Of a stretch of DNA of 60,094 bases, positions 39,857-48,828 are shown one piece after another. The position numbers and the translations under genes are program-made. The stretch covers positions 997-61,090 of the forward strand of contig CAYNOU010000003.1 in the NCBI GenBank assembly GCA_964398885.1, written 5' to 3'. Numbering within the stretch: position 1 is the stretch's first letter; the number at the start of each line of letters is the position of its first letter. The stretch comes from an uncultured Candidatus Cloacimonadota bacterium. GTDB taxonomy: Bacteria; Cloacimonadota; Cloacimonadia; JGIOTU-2. The notes beneath the pieces are model-generated. The model saw nothing but the letters and a program-made list of their open reading frames with translations, was not told where the DNA came from and did not search any database.

Positions 39857-40000
39857 ATATGGAGTGCGAAAACGCGTCCCGACGAGTCGGGACAAACTTT
39901 TCGCTTGTGCTGATGCGCTGAAAGTTCGTTCCAATAAATTGGAACTCGTTTTCCGCCAGAGGCGGATCCGCCAAGCTTTTTGGCGGACAGCACTCCATAT
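39857..40000. repeat. TGGAGTGC...GCACTCCA composite REP-like element, copy 1
   Basis: 11-bp terminal inverted repeats; nested GTCCCGACGAGTCGGGAC, GTTCCAATAAATTGGAAC and a TCCGCC double hairpin. Confidence 0.85.
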
Positions 40001-42921
40001 CAAAAAATAATAATTTTCGGTCTAACAACTCCTGCACGAATCTGTGTATGTCCATTGATATATGCCAGTTTTCCGTTAGATTTTTTGAAAAACTCTCTAT
40101 ATTTCTCATTCATAGAAAAATCCCCGAAACCTTCAGTTAAAATAATCGGATATGGTATTTTTTCACTGCCAGTCAAGGCAACTCCTATCTCTTCTCCAAT
40201 AAATCTTACTAAATCTTTATTGTCAATAGATGGTGTAATAATTCCAGAGATTTCTGCTTCTGCTCCTTGTTTTAAAGTATCAAACCTAATTTTTTCAAAG
40301 CAAACAATAATCTTATTCTTATATTTCTCTTTTGAGAGTTCAAAAGAGATTCCTGAAAGAGAAAGTAATTCATTCGTTGCTTCACCGCCAAAACCGATAG
40401 TTCCATTCAAATTGCTTCCTTCATATTCTATTACTGCTGAGAGGTGCTTTTGTATAGAGATAACTTTGCCTGAGACAGCAGCAAATTTTTGATATGGCTC
40501 TTTTTTATAATGGATTGTAACAGTCCCTTTTTCTAAGTCAATATTAGTAATTGTACCTGTTGAAGGAGCAGGGACAAAAATTGCCTTTCCTCTCTCGTCT
40601 GACCTTGATGCAAGGGATTCATAAGCATTGACAAAATCGCCTTCTTTTTTCTTCAAATAGCCCTTAAGATGTTTTGGAGAAATACCCAATTTCTTAGATA
40701 CATTTACAGTAACAGGTTTTGTTGAGTAGTCTTGGATTTCTCGTAGAATTATTGTGCCTGCTTCAAAATTGATTTCTTCAACAATTCCGCGAATAGGTGA
40801 ACGATATATTGTTGTCTTTCCTGAAAAAGCAGCGGCTAAGCTGCTTGTGTGTGTATCTATGAGTTTTTGTCCAAAATTTATCTTATCCCCTTTTTTAACA
40901 AGGATACTTTGCCTCATTAGGTCAGGATTTAGGTCCAAATAATCCAGAGTGAAAACAGATAAGACATAAATTTTGGGCGGGTCATAACGATTTTCACCAA
41001 TCAATGTATCTGGCTGAACTTCATCTCCAACATTAACCATAATTTCGCCTTTATATGGCAAAGACCTTTTTATTGTATGTGTTCCATATTCAATATCTTT
41101 TTTCTCTAACATTTCCGCAAAACATTCGTTTAATTCTTCCTGTGAACTATCAAATTTGTAAAGATTCAATTCTTTATTCATTTTTTGGAATGATGTAAGC
41201 TCTTTTTTTCTTGTATCTATTAAAATCGGTAATTCAGAGGTAAGATTAATTTTTCTTTCAGAATTTTGTAGATAAAATCCTTTTTCTAATTCAATTTCTA
41301 TCTGATTTTTTTCATTGTTATCATTTGGAATAAGTTTTACTTCATTACTATTGATAGAGTATTTGATTTCATTTTCTTTATTTTTAATTGTAATTGATAG
41401 AACTTTTTGGCCTTCTTTCATCTTTTTATATATGGGTTTTATTACTAATGCGATTTTTTGATAGCATTCCTTTTGAAGTAGCGTGAGAGCGAGGTCTGGG
41501 TCTATATCACTCAGCTTTCCCAGATGAGGAGAGATAAAATGATTATCGCGCCAGATTTCTGTTATACCCTGAGGATTAAGTCCATCAATTACACAAATCA
41601 ATGCTTGTCGTATATTTGGAGAATTAGAAATAATTCCACCAGCGCCAATCATAATATTAATATCTTTTTGATGAAACTTTCGTTTATCATTCATTTTTTC
41701 AATATAAAAGATTTCTACAAACTTGTCAAAATCTCTTTCTTTTAGTTTATTTAAGAAGCCAATTTTTACTGTATTGAAGTGCATTTTCATATGATGCTTT
41801 TTTGCCATTCTTATTGCTTCACGAGCTGCTGAATGCTCAATAGCAAGCTGATAGTCATCTTTTGGAATATATGCAGGATAAAGCATTTTATTGCTTATGT
41901 AATTTCTTATATAGTTTTCTGACATCTCATTTGGTAACCATCGTTTGATATTTTCAAAACCGGTATCTGCCATAACATTTGAAATACTATAACTCATTCC
42001 ATAATTAGCACTAACTGTCCGATAGTATCTTCCTAAAATATTTGAAAAGATATCAGTTGTAGCTCCACCGATATCAACTGCCATAACATTCTGATTTAAT
42101 TTTTGACTAATAAGTTTTAATGCATTTATCACTCCTGAAGGTGTAGGAATAATATCATCTGCTACAAATTTTTTGACATCACCATAACCAGGTGCTTGCT
42201 CCATAACATTATCCATAAAGAGTTGATGAATTCTCTTTTGTGCTGGAGGTAGGTTTTCTTCCTTTAAAGTGGGTCTTAAATTTGGAACTATATGCAAATC
42301 AAATTGTTTAGAGAATAGTGATTTTATAAAAGATTGAGCATTTTTATTTCCAGCATATACTAATGGTATTTTTGTCTTCTCTCCAAATTTTGGTTTAGGA
42401 TTTGCTAAAGAGATTAACTCTCCCAATCTGACAATACTGCTAATATTTCCTCCATCAGTTCCACCTGAAAAAAGGATAATATCTGGGCGGAGAATTCTTA
42501 TCAACTGCATTTTCTCTATTGGAGAACGATTGTCATTTATTGCAAAAGTATCTAAGATAACTCCACCAGAGCCGAAAGCTGCACGCTTCGCACTACTTGC
42601 AGAATCAAACAGAGTTAAACCGAAAACTAAAATCTGCAGTCCACCGCCAGCACTGCTTGTGGTAAGATAAATTGTGTCATTCGGGAAATGTAATTCTTCA
42701 ATTGTCGCATTATCAGAAAGAATTTTTTGCGAAATATTTTCTTCTAATTTTTTAATAGAGTTATAAATTCCAATTTTTACATCCTCAACAGGTTTTTCAA
42801 CAGTCGTGGGAATATGTTCTAATCCTATAAGTTTATATTTATTATTTTGTTTTTGAAATAAGACTGCCTTTGTTGTGGTGCTACCAATGTCAGTTATTAG
42901 AATGTTCTTTTTATCAATCAT
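40000..42921 (-). CDS. GlmL/MutL-like (glutamate mutase L) actin-fold ATPase fused to an uncharacterised C-terminal region
   Basis: TDIGSTTTKA, SSAGGGL and VDIGGATTD motifs. C-terminal ~350 aa contains barrel-sandwich-like VNVGDEV/VKKGDKI units. AGGAG RBS precedes ATG 42921. Confidence 0.75.
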   Translation of the reverse strand: MIDKKNILITDIGSTTTKAVLFQKQNNKYKLIGLEHIPTTVEKPVEDVKIGIYNSIKKLEENISQKILSDNATIEELHFPNDTIYLTTSSAGGGLQILVFGLTLFDSASSAKRAAFGSGGVILDTFAINDNRSPIEKMQLIRILRPDIILFSGGTDGGNISSIVRLGELISLANPKPKFGEKTKIPLVYAGNKNAQSFIKSLFSKQFDLHIVPNLRPTLKEENLPPAQKRIHQLFMDNVMEQAPGYGDVKKFVADDIIPTPSGVINALKLISQKLNQNVMAVDIGGATTDIFSNILGRYYRTVSANYGMSYSISNVMADTGFENIKRWLPNEMSENYIRNYISNKMLYPAYIPKDDYQLAIEHSAAREAIRMAKKHHMKMHFNTVKIGFLNKLKERDFDKFVEIFYIEKMNDKRKFHQKDINIMIGAGGIISNSPNIRQALICVIDGLNPQGITEIWRDNHFISPHLGKLSDIDPDLALTLLQKECYQKIALVIKPIYKKMKEGQKVLSITIKNKENEIKYSINSNEVKLIPNDNNEKNQIEIELEKGFYLQNSERKINLTSELPILIDTRKKELTSFQKMNKELNLYKFDSSQEELNECFAEMLEKKDIEYGTHTIKRSLPYKGEIMVNVGDEVQPDTLIGENRYDPPKIYVLSVFTLDYLDLNPDLMRQSILVKKGDKINFGQKLIDTHTSSLAAAFSGKTTIYRSPIRGIVEEINFEAGTIILREIQDYSTKPVTVNVSKKLGISPKHLKGYLKKKEGDFVNAYESLASRSDERGKAIFVPAPSTGTITNIDLEKGTVTIHYKKEPYQKFAAVSGKVISIQKHLSAVIEYEGSNLNGTIGFGGEATNELLSLSGISFELSKEKYKNKIIVCFEKIRFDTLKQGAEAEISGIITPSIDNKDLVRFIGEEIGVALTGSEKIPYPIILTEGFGDFSMNEKYREFFKKSNGKLAYINGHTQIRAGVVRPKIIIF

Positions 42922-42955
42922 TTTTCTCCTCTGTATTTTTGATTTTAAGATTATT

Positions 42956-43117
42956 TTGGAGTGCGAAAACGAATCCCGTCCCCGATTCAATTGGGGATTC
43001 GGAATGAATTTTTCGTCTGTGCTGGTGTGCTGAAAGTTCGTCGTCCCAACCTATCAGGACTTCTCGTTTTCCGCCAGAGGCGGATCCGCCAAGCTTTTTG
43101 GCGGACAGCACTCCCAA
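42956..43117. repeat. TGGAGTGC composite element, copy 2
   Basis: Same scaffold as 39857-40000, with 52 bp identical (39945-39996 = 43063-43114). Confidence 0.85.
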
Positions 43118-43123
43118 CAAAAA

Positions 43124-44113
43124 TTACTCCTTTAACCCACTTGTAACAAAGCTTGATATGATTTGCCTTTGAGCAAAAAGGAATAATATCAAAAGTGGTG
43201 CAATTGAGAATGTAGAGGCAGACATAAGAAGTGCAGTATGTGATGATGACTCTTGTGCAAAGTAAGAAAGTCCAACCTGTAATACTCTTATGTTCTCGCT
43301 ACTGGTCATTACAAGTGGCCACATGAAGCTATTCCAACTACCAATTATTGAAAAGATTGCTGTCGTAGCCAGAATAGGTTTTGAAATTGGCAATATAATT
43401 TTCCAGAGTATTCCAAAACGAGAGCACCCATCAATAACAGCAGCATCAAACAGGTCTTTTGGAATAGTCTTAAATTGCTGTCGTAAAAGAAATATACTAA
43501 AAATATTTGCTACCCAGGGTACTATTAATGCCCAATAAGTGTTTATCCAGCCAATTTTTGTAAGGAGATAATAAGAAGGAATTAAATAGATAGGCTGAGG
43601 AACTATCATCATACTTATGAAAAGATAGAATATAAAATCTCTTCCCTTGAATCTCATTCGTGCAAAAGCATAAGCAGCAAGTGAAGAAGAAATTAGAACT
43701 CCTAACAATACACATAATGACACAAAAATTGTGTTAATGAAGTATCTTCCAAATGGCACCTTGCTAAAGGCTTCTGAAAAATTATTGAAATTAAATCTAA
43801 TCTTTCTTTCAAATGTCAGAGAAGAATTGGGCACTTTTACATAAGAGCGTTTAAATGTTTTTCCATCCTCACTATATATGTTAATTACTGAAAATTCTTT
43901 ATCCTGTGTGACAATTTTAGCTTTTTCTCTTTTCCCTTCATTATGATAATAGGTAACATTACTATAAGGAATAAATCCTACACTCCCACTGTTGATATCA
44001 GTCTGAGATTTCATCGCAGTAGACACCATCCATAAGAACGGCACAACCATAACAAGTCCGCACAGAATAAGTAAAAAGTATGTTATCGCTTTTCCTAAAA
44101 TTCTTTTAAACAT
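43124..44113 (-). CDS. Carbohydrate ABC transporter permease (MalG-type)
   Basis: EAA-like DAAVIDGCS motif, WNSFMWP, multiple TM helices. Confidence 0.92.
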   Translation of the reverse strand: MFKRILGKAITYFLLILCGLVMVVPFLWMVSTAMKSQTDINSGSVGFIPYSNVTYYHNEGKREKAKIVTQDKEFSVINIYSEDGKTFKRSYVKVPNSSLTFERKIRFNFNNFSEAFSKVPFGRYFINTIFVSLCVLLGVLISSSLAAYAFARMRFKGRDFIFYLFISMMIVPQPIYLIPSYYLLTKIGWINTYWALIVPWVANIFSIFLLRQQFKTIPKDLFDAAVIDGCSRFGILWKIILPISKPILATTAIFSIIGSWNSFMWPLVMTSSENIRVLQVGLSYFAQESSSHTALLMSASTFSIAPLLILFLFAQRQIISSFVTSGLKE

Positions 44114-44114
44114 A

Positions 44115-45059
44115 TTAATATTGAACTTTTTTTTCTAATCTTTTTTGAAGCATTGTTAATGCAAAAATTATGATAAACAGGACTAAAGCAATTGCACTTG
44201 CATAACTAAATTCTTGAGCATCAATTCCTTTTTCAAATATGTAGTAGACAATTACTTTTGTTGTACCAAGTGGACCGCCAACTGGTGGTCCTGTCATCAT
44301 ATATACTTGTGCGAACACTTGAAATGTTACAATTGTTGTCATTATTAAAACATAGAAAGTAGTAGGTGAGATAAGAGGGATAGTTATTTTGAAGAATTGT
44401 TTAATTTTGCTTGCACCGTCAATTTCTGCTGCTTCATAATATACTTCCGGGATATTCTGTAAGCCAGCAAGATATATTATTGTATTATATCCCAAACTTC
44501 GCCAAATACAAACTATAATTATAGCACAAAGTGCAAGTGAGGGTCCACCAAGAAAGGCAGGTATTTTTAGTCCCATAGCACCCAATAGTAAGGTAAATAT
44601 CCCTCTACTCTCAGAAAGCCATCCTAAGCCGTGAATACCAAAAAAGCCTAAAATATGATTCATTAAACCATTCTGGGGAGAAAAAATCAACTTCCAAACA
44701 ATTGAGATTGCTACCAAAGATGTAACAGTTGGAATAAAGTAAGATGTTCTAAATAATCCTGACAATTTTGTGGTACGATTCAACAGATTTGCGAATAACA
44801 AAGAAAGAATCAAAGTTATTGGAACTACAAATATGACTAAGTAAAATGTATTAGTCAACGATTGCCAAAATCCTGGATCCCTTAATAACTGAGAATAATT
44901 TATTAAGCCAATAAACTTTTCAGGACCTTTTATGGTCCACTTGAAGAAACTTAATATAAATGAGAGAATAATTGGAATTAAGCGGAATGCAATGATAATT
45001 ATTGCTGCTGGTAAAATATATAGATATGGAAATAAGTTTAAGTCTTTTTTGGGCTTCAT
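44115..45059 (-). CDS. Carbohydrate ABC transporter permease (MalF/UgpA-type)
   Basis: YLAGLQNIP..YYEAAEIDGA motif. Confidence 0.92.
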   Translation of the reverse strand: MKPKKDLNLFPYLYILPAAIIIIAFRLIPIILSFILSFFKWTIKGPEKFIGLINYSQLLRDPGFWQSLTNTFYLVIFVVPITLILSLLFANLLNRTTKLSGLFRTSYFIPTVTSLVAISIVWKLIFSPQNGLMNHILGFFGIHGLGWLSESRGIFTLLLGAMGLKIPAFLGGPSLALCAIIIVCIWRSLGYNTIIYLAGLQNIPEVYYEAAEIDGASKIKQFFKITIPLISPTTFYVLIMTTIVTFQVFAQVYMMTGPPVGGPLGTTKVIVYYIFEKGIDAQEFSYASAIALVLFIIIFALTMLQKRLEKKVQY

Positions 45060-45091
45060 AAATTACTTATTACAGATAATGATATTACATA

Positions 45092-45118
45092 CCCGCCTAC
45101 CAATCCTTTACGGGCAGG
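45092..45118. repeat. 27-bp CCCGCCT...GGGCAGG cassette
   Basis: 23/27 identical to 2884-2910. Confidence 0.7.
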
Positions 45119-45136
45119 TAATTTTTTCTAGATAAT

Positions 45137-45210
45137 TGGCTGGGGTGCAGGGATTCGAACCCCAATAGACAGATCCAGAGTCTGTTGTCTTACCATTAGA
45201 CGACACCCCA
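45137..45210 (-). tRNA. tRNA-Gln(CTG)
   Basis: Cloverleaf with ACAGA-CT-CTG-GA-TCTGT anticodon arm, GTTCGAATC T-loop, encoded CCA. Confidence 0.95.
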
Positions 45211-45248
45211 AAAGAAATGAAAAATATAAAATTAAAAATTACAAATTA

Positions 45249-45341
45249 TGGCGGAGAGGCAGGGATTCGAACCCTGGGTCCCAATTTCTCAGAACACACG
45301 CTTAGCAGGCGCGCACCTTAAGCCAACTCGGTCACCTCTCC
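45249..45341 (-). tRNA. tRNA-Ser(GCT)
   Basis: GGAGAGG acceptor stem, CT-GCT-AA loop, long variable arm, GCCA end. Confidence 0.95.
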
Positions 45342-45351
45342 TTAAAAAATC

Positions 45352-45426
45352 TGGCTGGGTCGGGAGGATTCGAACCTCCGAATACAGGGACCAAAACCCT
45401 GTGCCTTGCCGCTTGGCGACGACCCA
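45352..45426 (-). tRNA. tRNA-Gln(TTG)
   Basis: CAGGG-TT-TTG-GT-CCCTG anticodon arm, T-loop, CCA. Confidence 0.95.
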
Positions 45427-45452
45427 TAAAAATTATAAATTAAAAATTAAAA

Positions 45453-45537
45453 TGGCGGAGGATGAGGGATTCGAACCCCCAAGGGCATAGCCCATCCCGT
45501 TTCAAGCGGGACGCCTTACCATTAGGACTAATCCTCC
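45453..45537 (-). tRNA. tRNA-Ser(TGA)
   Basis: TCCCG-CT-TGA-AA-CGGGA anticodon arm, variable arm, GCCA end. Confidence 0.93.
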
Positions 45538-45684
45538 CATCTACAAATAAATTACTCTGAATACTTATTATATTGATATTTTTAAAAATACTTCTTTCAT
45601 ATGTCAACTAATTTATAAAAATTTAGTTCCAATTCTTTTTTTATTGACATTAATAACATAAACAAAAAAATTTCACACAAAATT

Positions 45685-46536
45685 ATGAAAAATATTGGCA
45701 TTTTTTATAACCCATTAAATTATAAAGATGGGGCTTATCTTAATGAAAAGATTTTTGCTCTAAAAAAGCAAAATTTAAATGTATTTCTTTTAGCCCGACA
45801 ACATAGAACTGAACTGGATTCTGTGAAGTATGTTGATAAATTTACCAGGAATATTATTGACCTATTAATAGTATTCGGAGGTGATGGAACTATGTTAATG
45901 GCAGCGAAATTGGTAATTGAAGAAAACATACCTATTATAGGATTTAATCTTGGAAAACTTGGCTTCCTTTCTGAATGTAAAAAAGATGAATTTGATTCGG
46001 TCATCAATAGTATTGTTAATAATGATTATGCTATTGAAAAAAGACTTGCACTTTTTTGCCATTTAAAAAAGGAGAAAAGTTATAAGTATTATGCAATTAA
46101 TGATTGTGTTATTTATAGGGGTGAATACCCAAAATTAATTAATATTGAAGTGTACAAAGATAACGAATTCGTTTATATGATTCGTGCTGATGGCGTAATC
46201 GTTGCTACTCCAAATGGATCAACTGCATATTCGCTATCAGCCGGTGGGCCTATTGTTTATCCTGAGAGTGATGTGATAGTTTTAACACCAATTAATCCTC
46301 ACAATCTTTTTCTTAGACCGATTGTATTTCCAGCTTGCTCAAAATTAAATATTGTTTTAAAAGATAATATAGTTGGAGTCCATCTTAATATAGATGGAAA
46401 AGACATAAATAATATAACTGCTAATAATAATATTCATATAGAAAAATCATCATTTTATCCAAAATTTATAAAGCTACCAAACAAAAACTTCTGCAAGATT
46501 TTACGGGAGAAATTTACCTCAAAGAATAAATTCTAA
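45685..46536 (+). CDS. nadK: NAD kinase
   Basis: GGDGT, GKLGFL, ND and ATPNGSTAYSLSAGGP motifs. Confidence 0.95.
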   Translation: MKNIGIFYNPLNYKDGAYLNEKIFALKKQNLNVFLLARQHRTELDSVKYVDKFTRNIIDLLIVFGGDGTMLMAAKLVIEENIPIIGFNLGKLGFLSECKKDEFDSVINSIVNNDYAIEKRLALFCHLKKEKSYKYYAINDCVIYRGEYPKLINIEVYKDNEFVYMIRADGVIVATPNGSTAYSLSAGGPIVYPESDVIVLTPINPHNLFLRPIVFPACSKLNIVLKDNIVGVHLNIDGKDINNITANNNIHIEKSSFYPKFIKLPNKNFCKILREKFTSKNKF

Positions 46537-46538
46537 TT

Positions 46539-47141
46539 ATGTATTCAAACAAAAAAAGATTCGCTACAGCTGATTTTGACCCTAAAACATTCGTAACAGT
46601 TCCAAATATTATTACTATGGTTCGTCTTATTATATTGCCTTTCATACTTATTTTACTTAACAAAGGATATGATATTTGGGCGGTTGCTCTGATTATTTTT
46701 TGTGGTTTTACTGATGTCCTTGATGGTTTTCTTGCAAAAGTCCTAAATCAAGCTACTGCAGTTGGCAAAATTCTTGACCCTGTTGTTGACAAGATTTTTT
46801 ATCTTACTATTTTAGTCTTTCTAATGTTTGAAAGAGATTTTCCTTTATTTGCATTCATAATTATTGTTGTTCTTGAGATATTCATTCTTGCCGGTGGCTA
46901 TATATTAATATCAAAATACAAAATTGTTCCAAGCTCTAATATTTCTGGGAAATTTGCAGTTTGCCTAATCAGTCTTTCAATTTTTCTTTATATTACAAAT
47001 ATAAAGTTTTTTAAAATAAATGTTATATTTGAGTTATCTTTACAACAAATTATTCTAATATTAAGTATTATAATACTATTTTTTGCAACAGTAATTTATG
47101 GACTTATCGCAAAAGCAGAAATTAAAAAAATCAAAAAATAG
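46539..47141 (+). CDS. CDP-alcohol phosphatidyltransferase (PgsA-like)
   Basis: PNIIT.VR and TDVLDG..A..LN..T..G..LDPVVDK motif. Confidence 0.9.
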   Translation: MYSNKKRFATADFDPKTFVTVPNIITMVRLIILPFILILLNKGYDIWAVALIIFCGFTDVLDGFLAKVLNQATAVGKILDPVVDKIFYLTILVFLMFERDFPLFAFIIIVVLEIFILAGGYILISKYKIVPSSNISGKFAVCLISLSIFLYITNIKFFKINVIFELSLQQIILILSIIILFFATVIYGLIAKAEIKKIKK

Positions 47142-47176
47142 ATGACTGATATTTTTGAGTTGTCTTAATCGGAGGT

Positions 47177-48127
47177 ATGTATATGGCTTCGTTATACATC
47201 ACAAGAAGAATAAGGGCTCTTCTAATTTTTGTTGTAATTATGGCTTCTTTGATTATTGCATTTAGTAGATCTAAAATTCTTAAAGCCTTTTTTAAGCCTG
47301 AAAAAACTACTATAGCAAGTGCACCTGAAGAAGCTACAGAGCAATTCGGAAGTTATAAATATTATACTAAATTTGATATAAGGTATATTACAAAAGATAT
47401 AATTCAAAAAGATAATGAGGTAAGTAAAATTCTTGATAATACTAACTTTAATGAAATATATTCTAAATCAACAAAAAATAATAACATTACTAAAATTATA
47501 CAACTCCCTATTGATAGTTATAGAAATGTAATGAATAATCTTAAGCAATTACCTGATTTGGAATTTGCTGAATTGAAAAAATCTGAAGAAACTGCTTCAA
47601 TTGAGCAGTTAAGAAAGAGATTACAAGAAGAAGAGAATAACAAAAAACAGATTAGAATTGAACAGTATATAAATGAAGAAAAGCGATGGGAAGATTTAAA
47701 GAAAAAAGATGATATTATCGCTTCTCTGAATAATGAAATAATTGAAAAAGAAAAAAGTCAGAAGTATGTTTTAGCAAAAATTGATATTTCTAAAATCTTA
47801 TCAGGAGATGTTGGGATTGCTAAATCACTAAAAATTTTCGGAATCACTTTTATTGAATCTTTTGTATTTATCACCATCGGGCTTTTTGTATGTTATCTAA
47901 TAATAATTGGATTAACAAGGCTTTTTGTTATTCTTGGTATAAAAACTAGATCTGGGTCTTCATCAAGATATGGACGATACGGGGGATACGGAAGTAGTTC
48001 TTATGGGTATGGTGATTATAATTATGGTTATGGTGAGAAACGAATAAAGAGAAAATATATAAGAAAACCAAAGCAGAAGGATAAAAATTCAGAATCTGAT
48101 GAAAGTAATAAAACAGATTCCAAATAG
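47177..48127 (+). CDS. Membrane-anchored coiled-coil protein (DUF4349-like) with a Tyr/Gly-rich tail
   Basis: N-terminal TM helix, coiled coil, C-terminal TM helix, YG-rich tail. GGAGG RBS. Confidence 0.6.
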   Translation: MYMASLYITRRIRALLIFVVIMASLIIAFSRSKILKAFFKPEKTTIASAPEEATEQFGSYKYYTKFDIRYITKDIIQKDNEVSKILDNTNFNEIYSKSTKNNNITKIIQLPIDSYRNVMNNLKQLPDLEFAELKKSEETASIEQLRKRLQEEENNKKQIRIEQYINEEKRWEDLKKKDDIIASLNNEIIEKEKSQKYVLAKIDISKILSGDVGIAKSLKIFGITFIESFVFITIGLFVCYLIIIGLTRLFVILGIKTRSGSSSRYGRYGGYGSSSYGYGDYNYGYGEKRIKRKYIRKPKQKDKNSESDESNKTDSK

Positions 48128-48139
48128 ATAAATTAAATT

Positions 48140-48376
48140 ATGCTATCATACTGGCTACTATGGATTGTTTTGGGACTTATTCTTATTTTTATTGAAATTT
48201 TTACTCATAAATTTATCTTCTTTAGTATTGGACTTTCAGCAATTATTACTGGAATATTTAATATTTTAGGGATGGAAAAATTTATTATTTTGTTAATAGT
48301 TTTTTTGTTGCTAACAGTTTTTAATATTCTTTTCCTAAGAAAAATTGTTTCAAAATATCTCATCAAGCATAAATGA
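48140..48376 (+). CDS. Small membrane protein resembling the NfeD N-terminus (no OB fold)
   Basis: W...GLIL..IE.FT..F.F..IG pattern; ends after three TM helices. Confidence 0.55.
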   Translation: MLSYWLLWIVLGLILIFIEIFTHKFIFFSIGLSAIITGIFNILGMEKFIILLIVFLLLTVFNILFLRKIVSKYLIKHK

Positions 48377-48419
48377 TTATGATTTTATTTAAATTGTTTA
48401 CAAAGATTTTCGGTCTCGG

Positions 48420-48449
48420 CCAGTCTTGGCTAGGCCAAGCCTAGACAGG
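48420..48449. repeat. 30-bp CCAGTCTT...CAGG cassette, intergenic copy
   Basis: 23/30 identical to in-frame CTD inserts at 19631, 27368 and 28550. Confidence 0.65.
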
Positions 48450-48522
48450 CGCCCAGACGGAAAGGATAAAAATTTTTAGCTAATATCTTATTTTAAATTA
48501 TATTGTTAATGGAAGGAGTGTA

Positions 48523-48780
48523 ATGCCAGAGCATAAATCTTGTGAGAAAAGACTTAGATCTGATGCGAAAAAGAGAGATAAAAACAGATATGTTAAGAAA
48601 ACAATTAAAACATTTGTGAAAAAGCTAAAAAACGCCAGCAGTAAAGAAGAGATAGAAAAGATGTTACCTGAAGTCTATTCAGTATTAGACAAGGCTGTTA
48701 AAAAAGGTGTGATTCACAAAAACAGTGCTGCTCGTCGCAAATCTCGTTTAGCAAATTTCGCAAATAAGTTTATGGATTAA
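48523..48780 (+). CDS. rpsT: 30S ribosomal protein S20
   Basis: LDKAVKKGVIHKNSAARRKSRL motif. AAGGAG RBS. Confidence 0.96.
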   Translation: MPEHKSCEKRLRSDAKKRDKNRYVKKTIKTFVKKLKNASSKEEIEKMLPEVYSVLDKAVKKGVIHKNSAARRKSRLANFANKFMD

Positions 48781-48828
48781 ATTCATATCTTGAAAATTAT
48801 ATTTATCTTTTGAAATTAATTCTACATT

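Noticed and set aside
39855-40109. Small ORFs over the composite repeats (also 42914-43120, 42961-43146, 59521-59703)
   Set aside because: They are translations of GC-rich repeats or gene shadows with no recognisable domain.
42922-42990. 23-aa N-terminal extension of the GlmL-like ORF
   Set aside because: It starts inside a repeat, while an AGGAG RBS supports ATG 42921.
45248-45490. 80-aa ORF
   Set aside because: It is the antisense shadow of the tRNA genes.
45137-45537. Integrative element or prophage att site at the tRNA cluster
   Set aside because: No integrase and no duplicated tRNA 3' end were seen.
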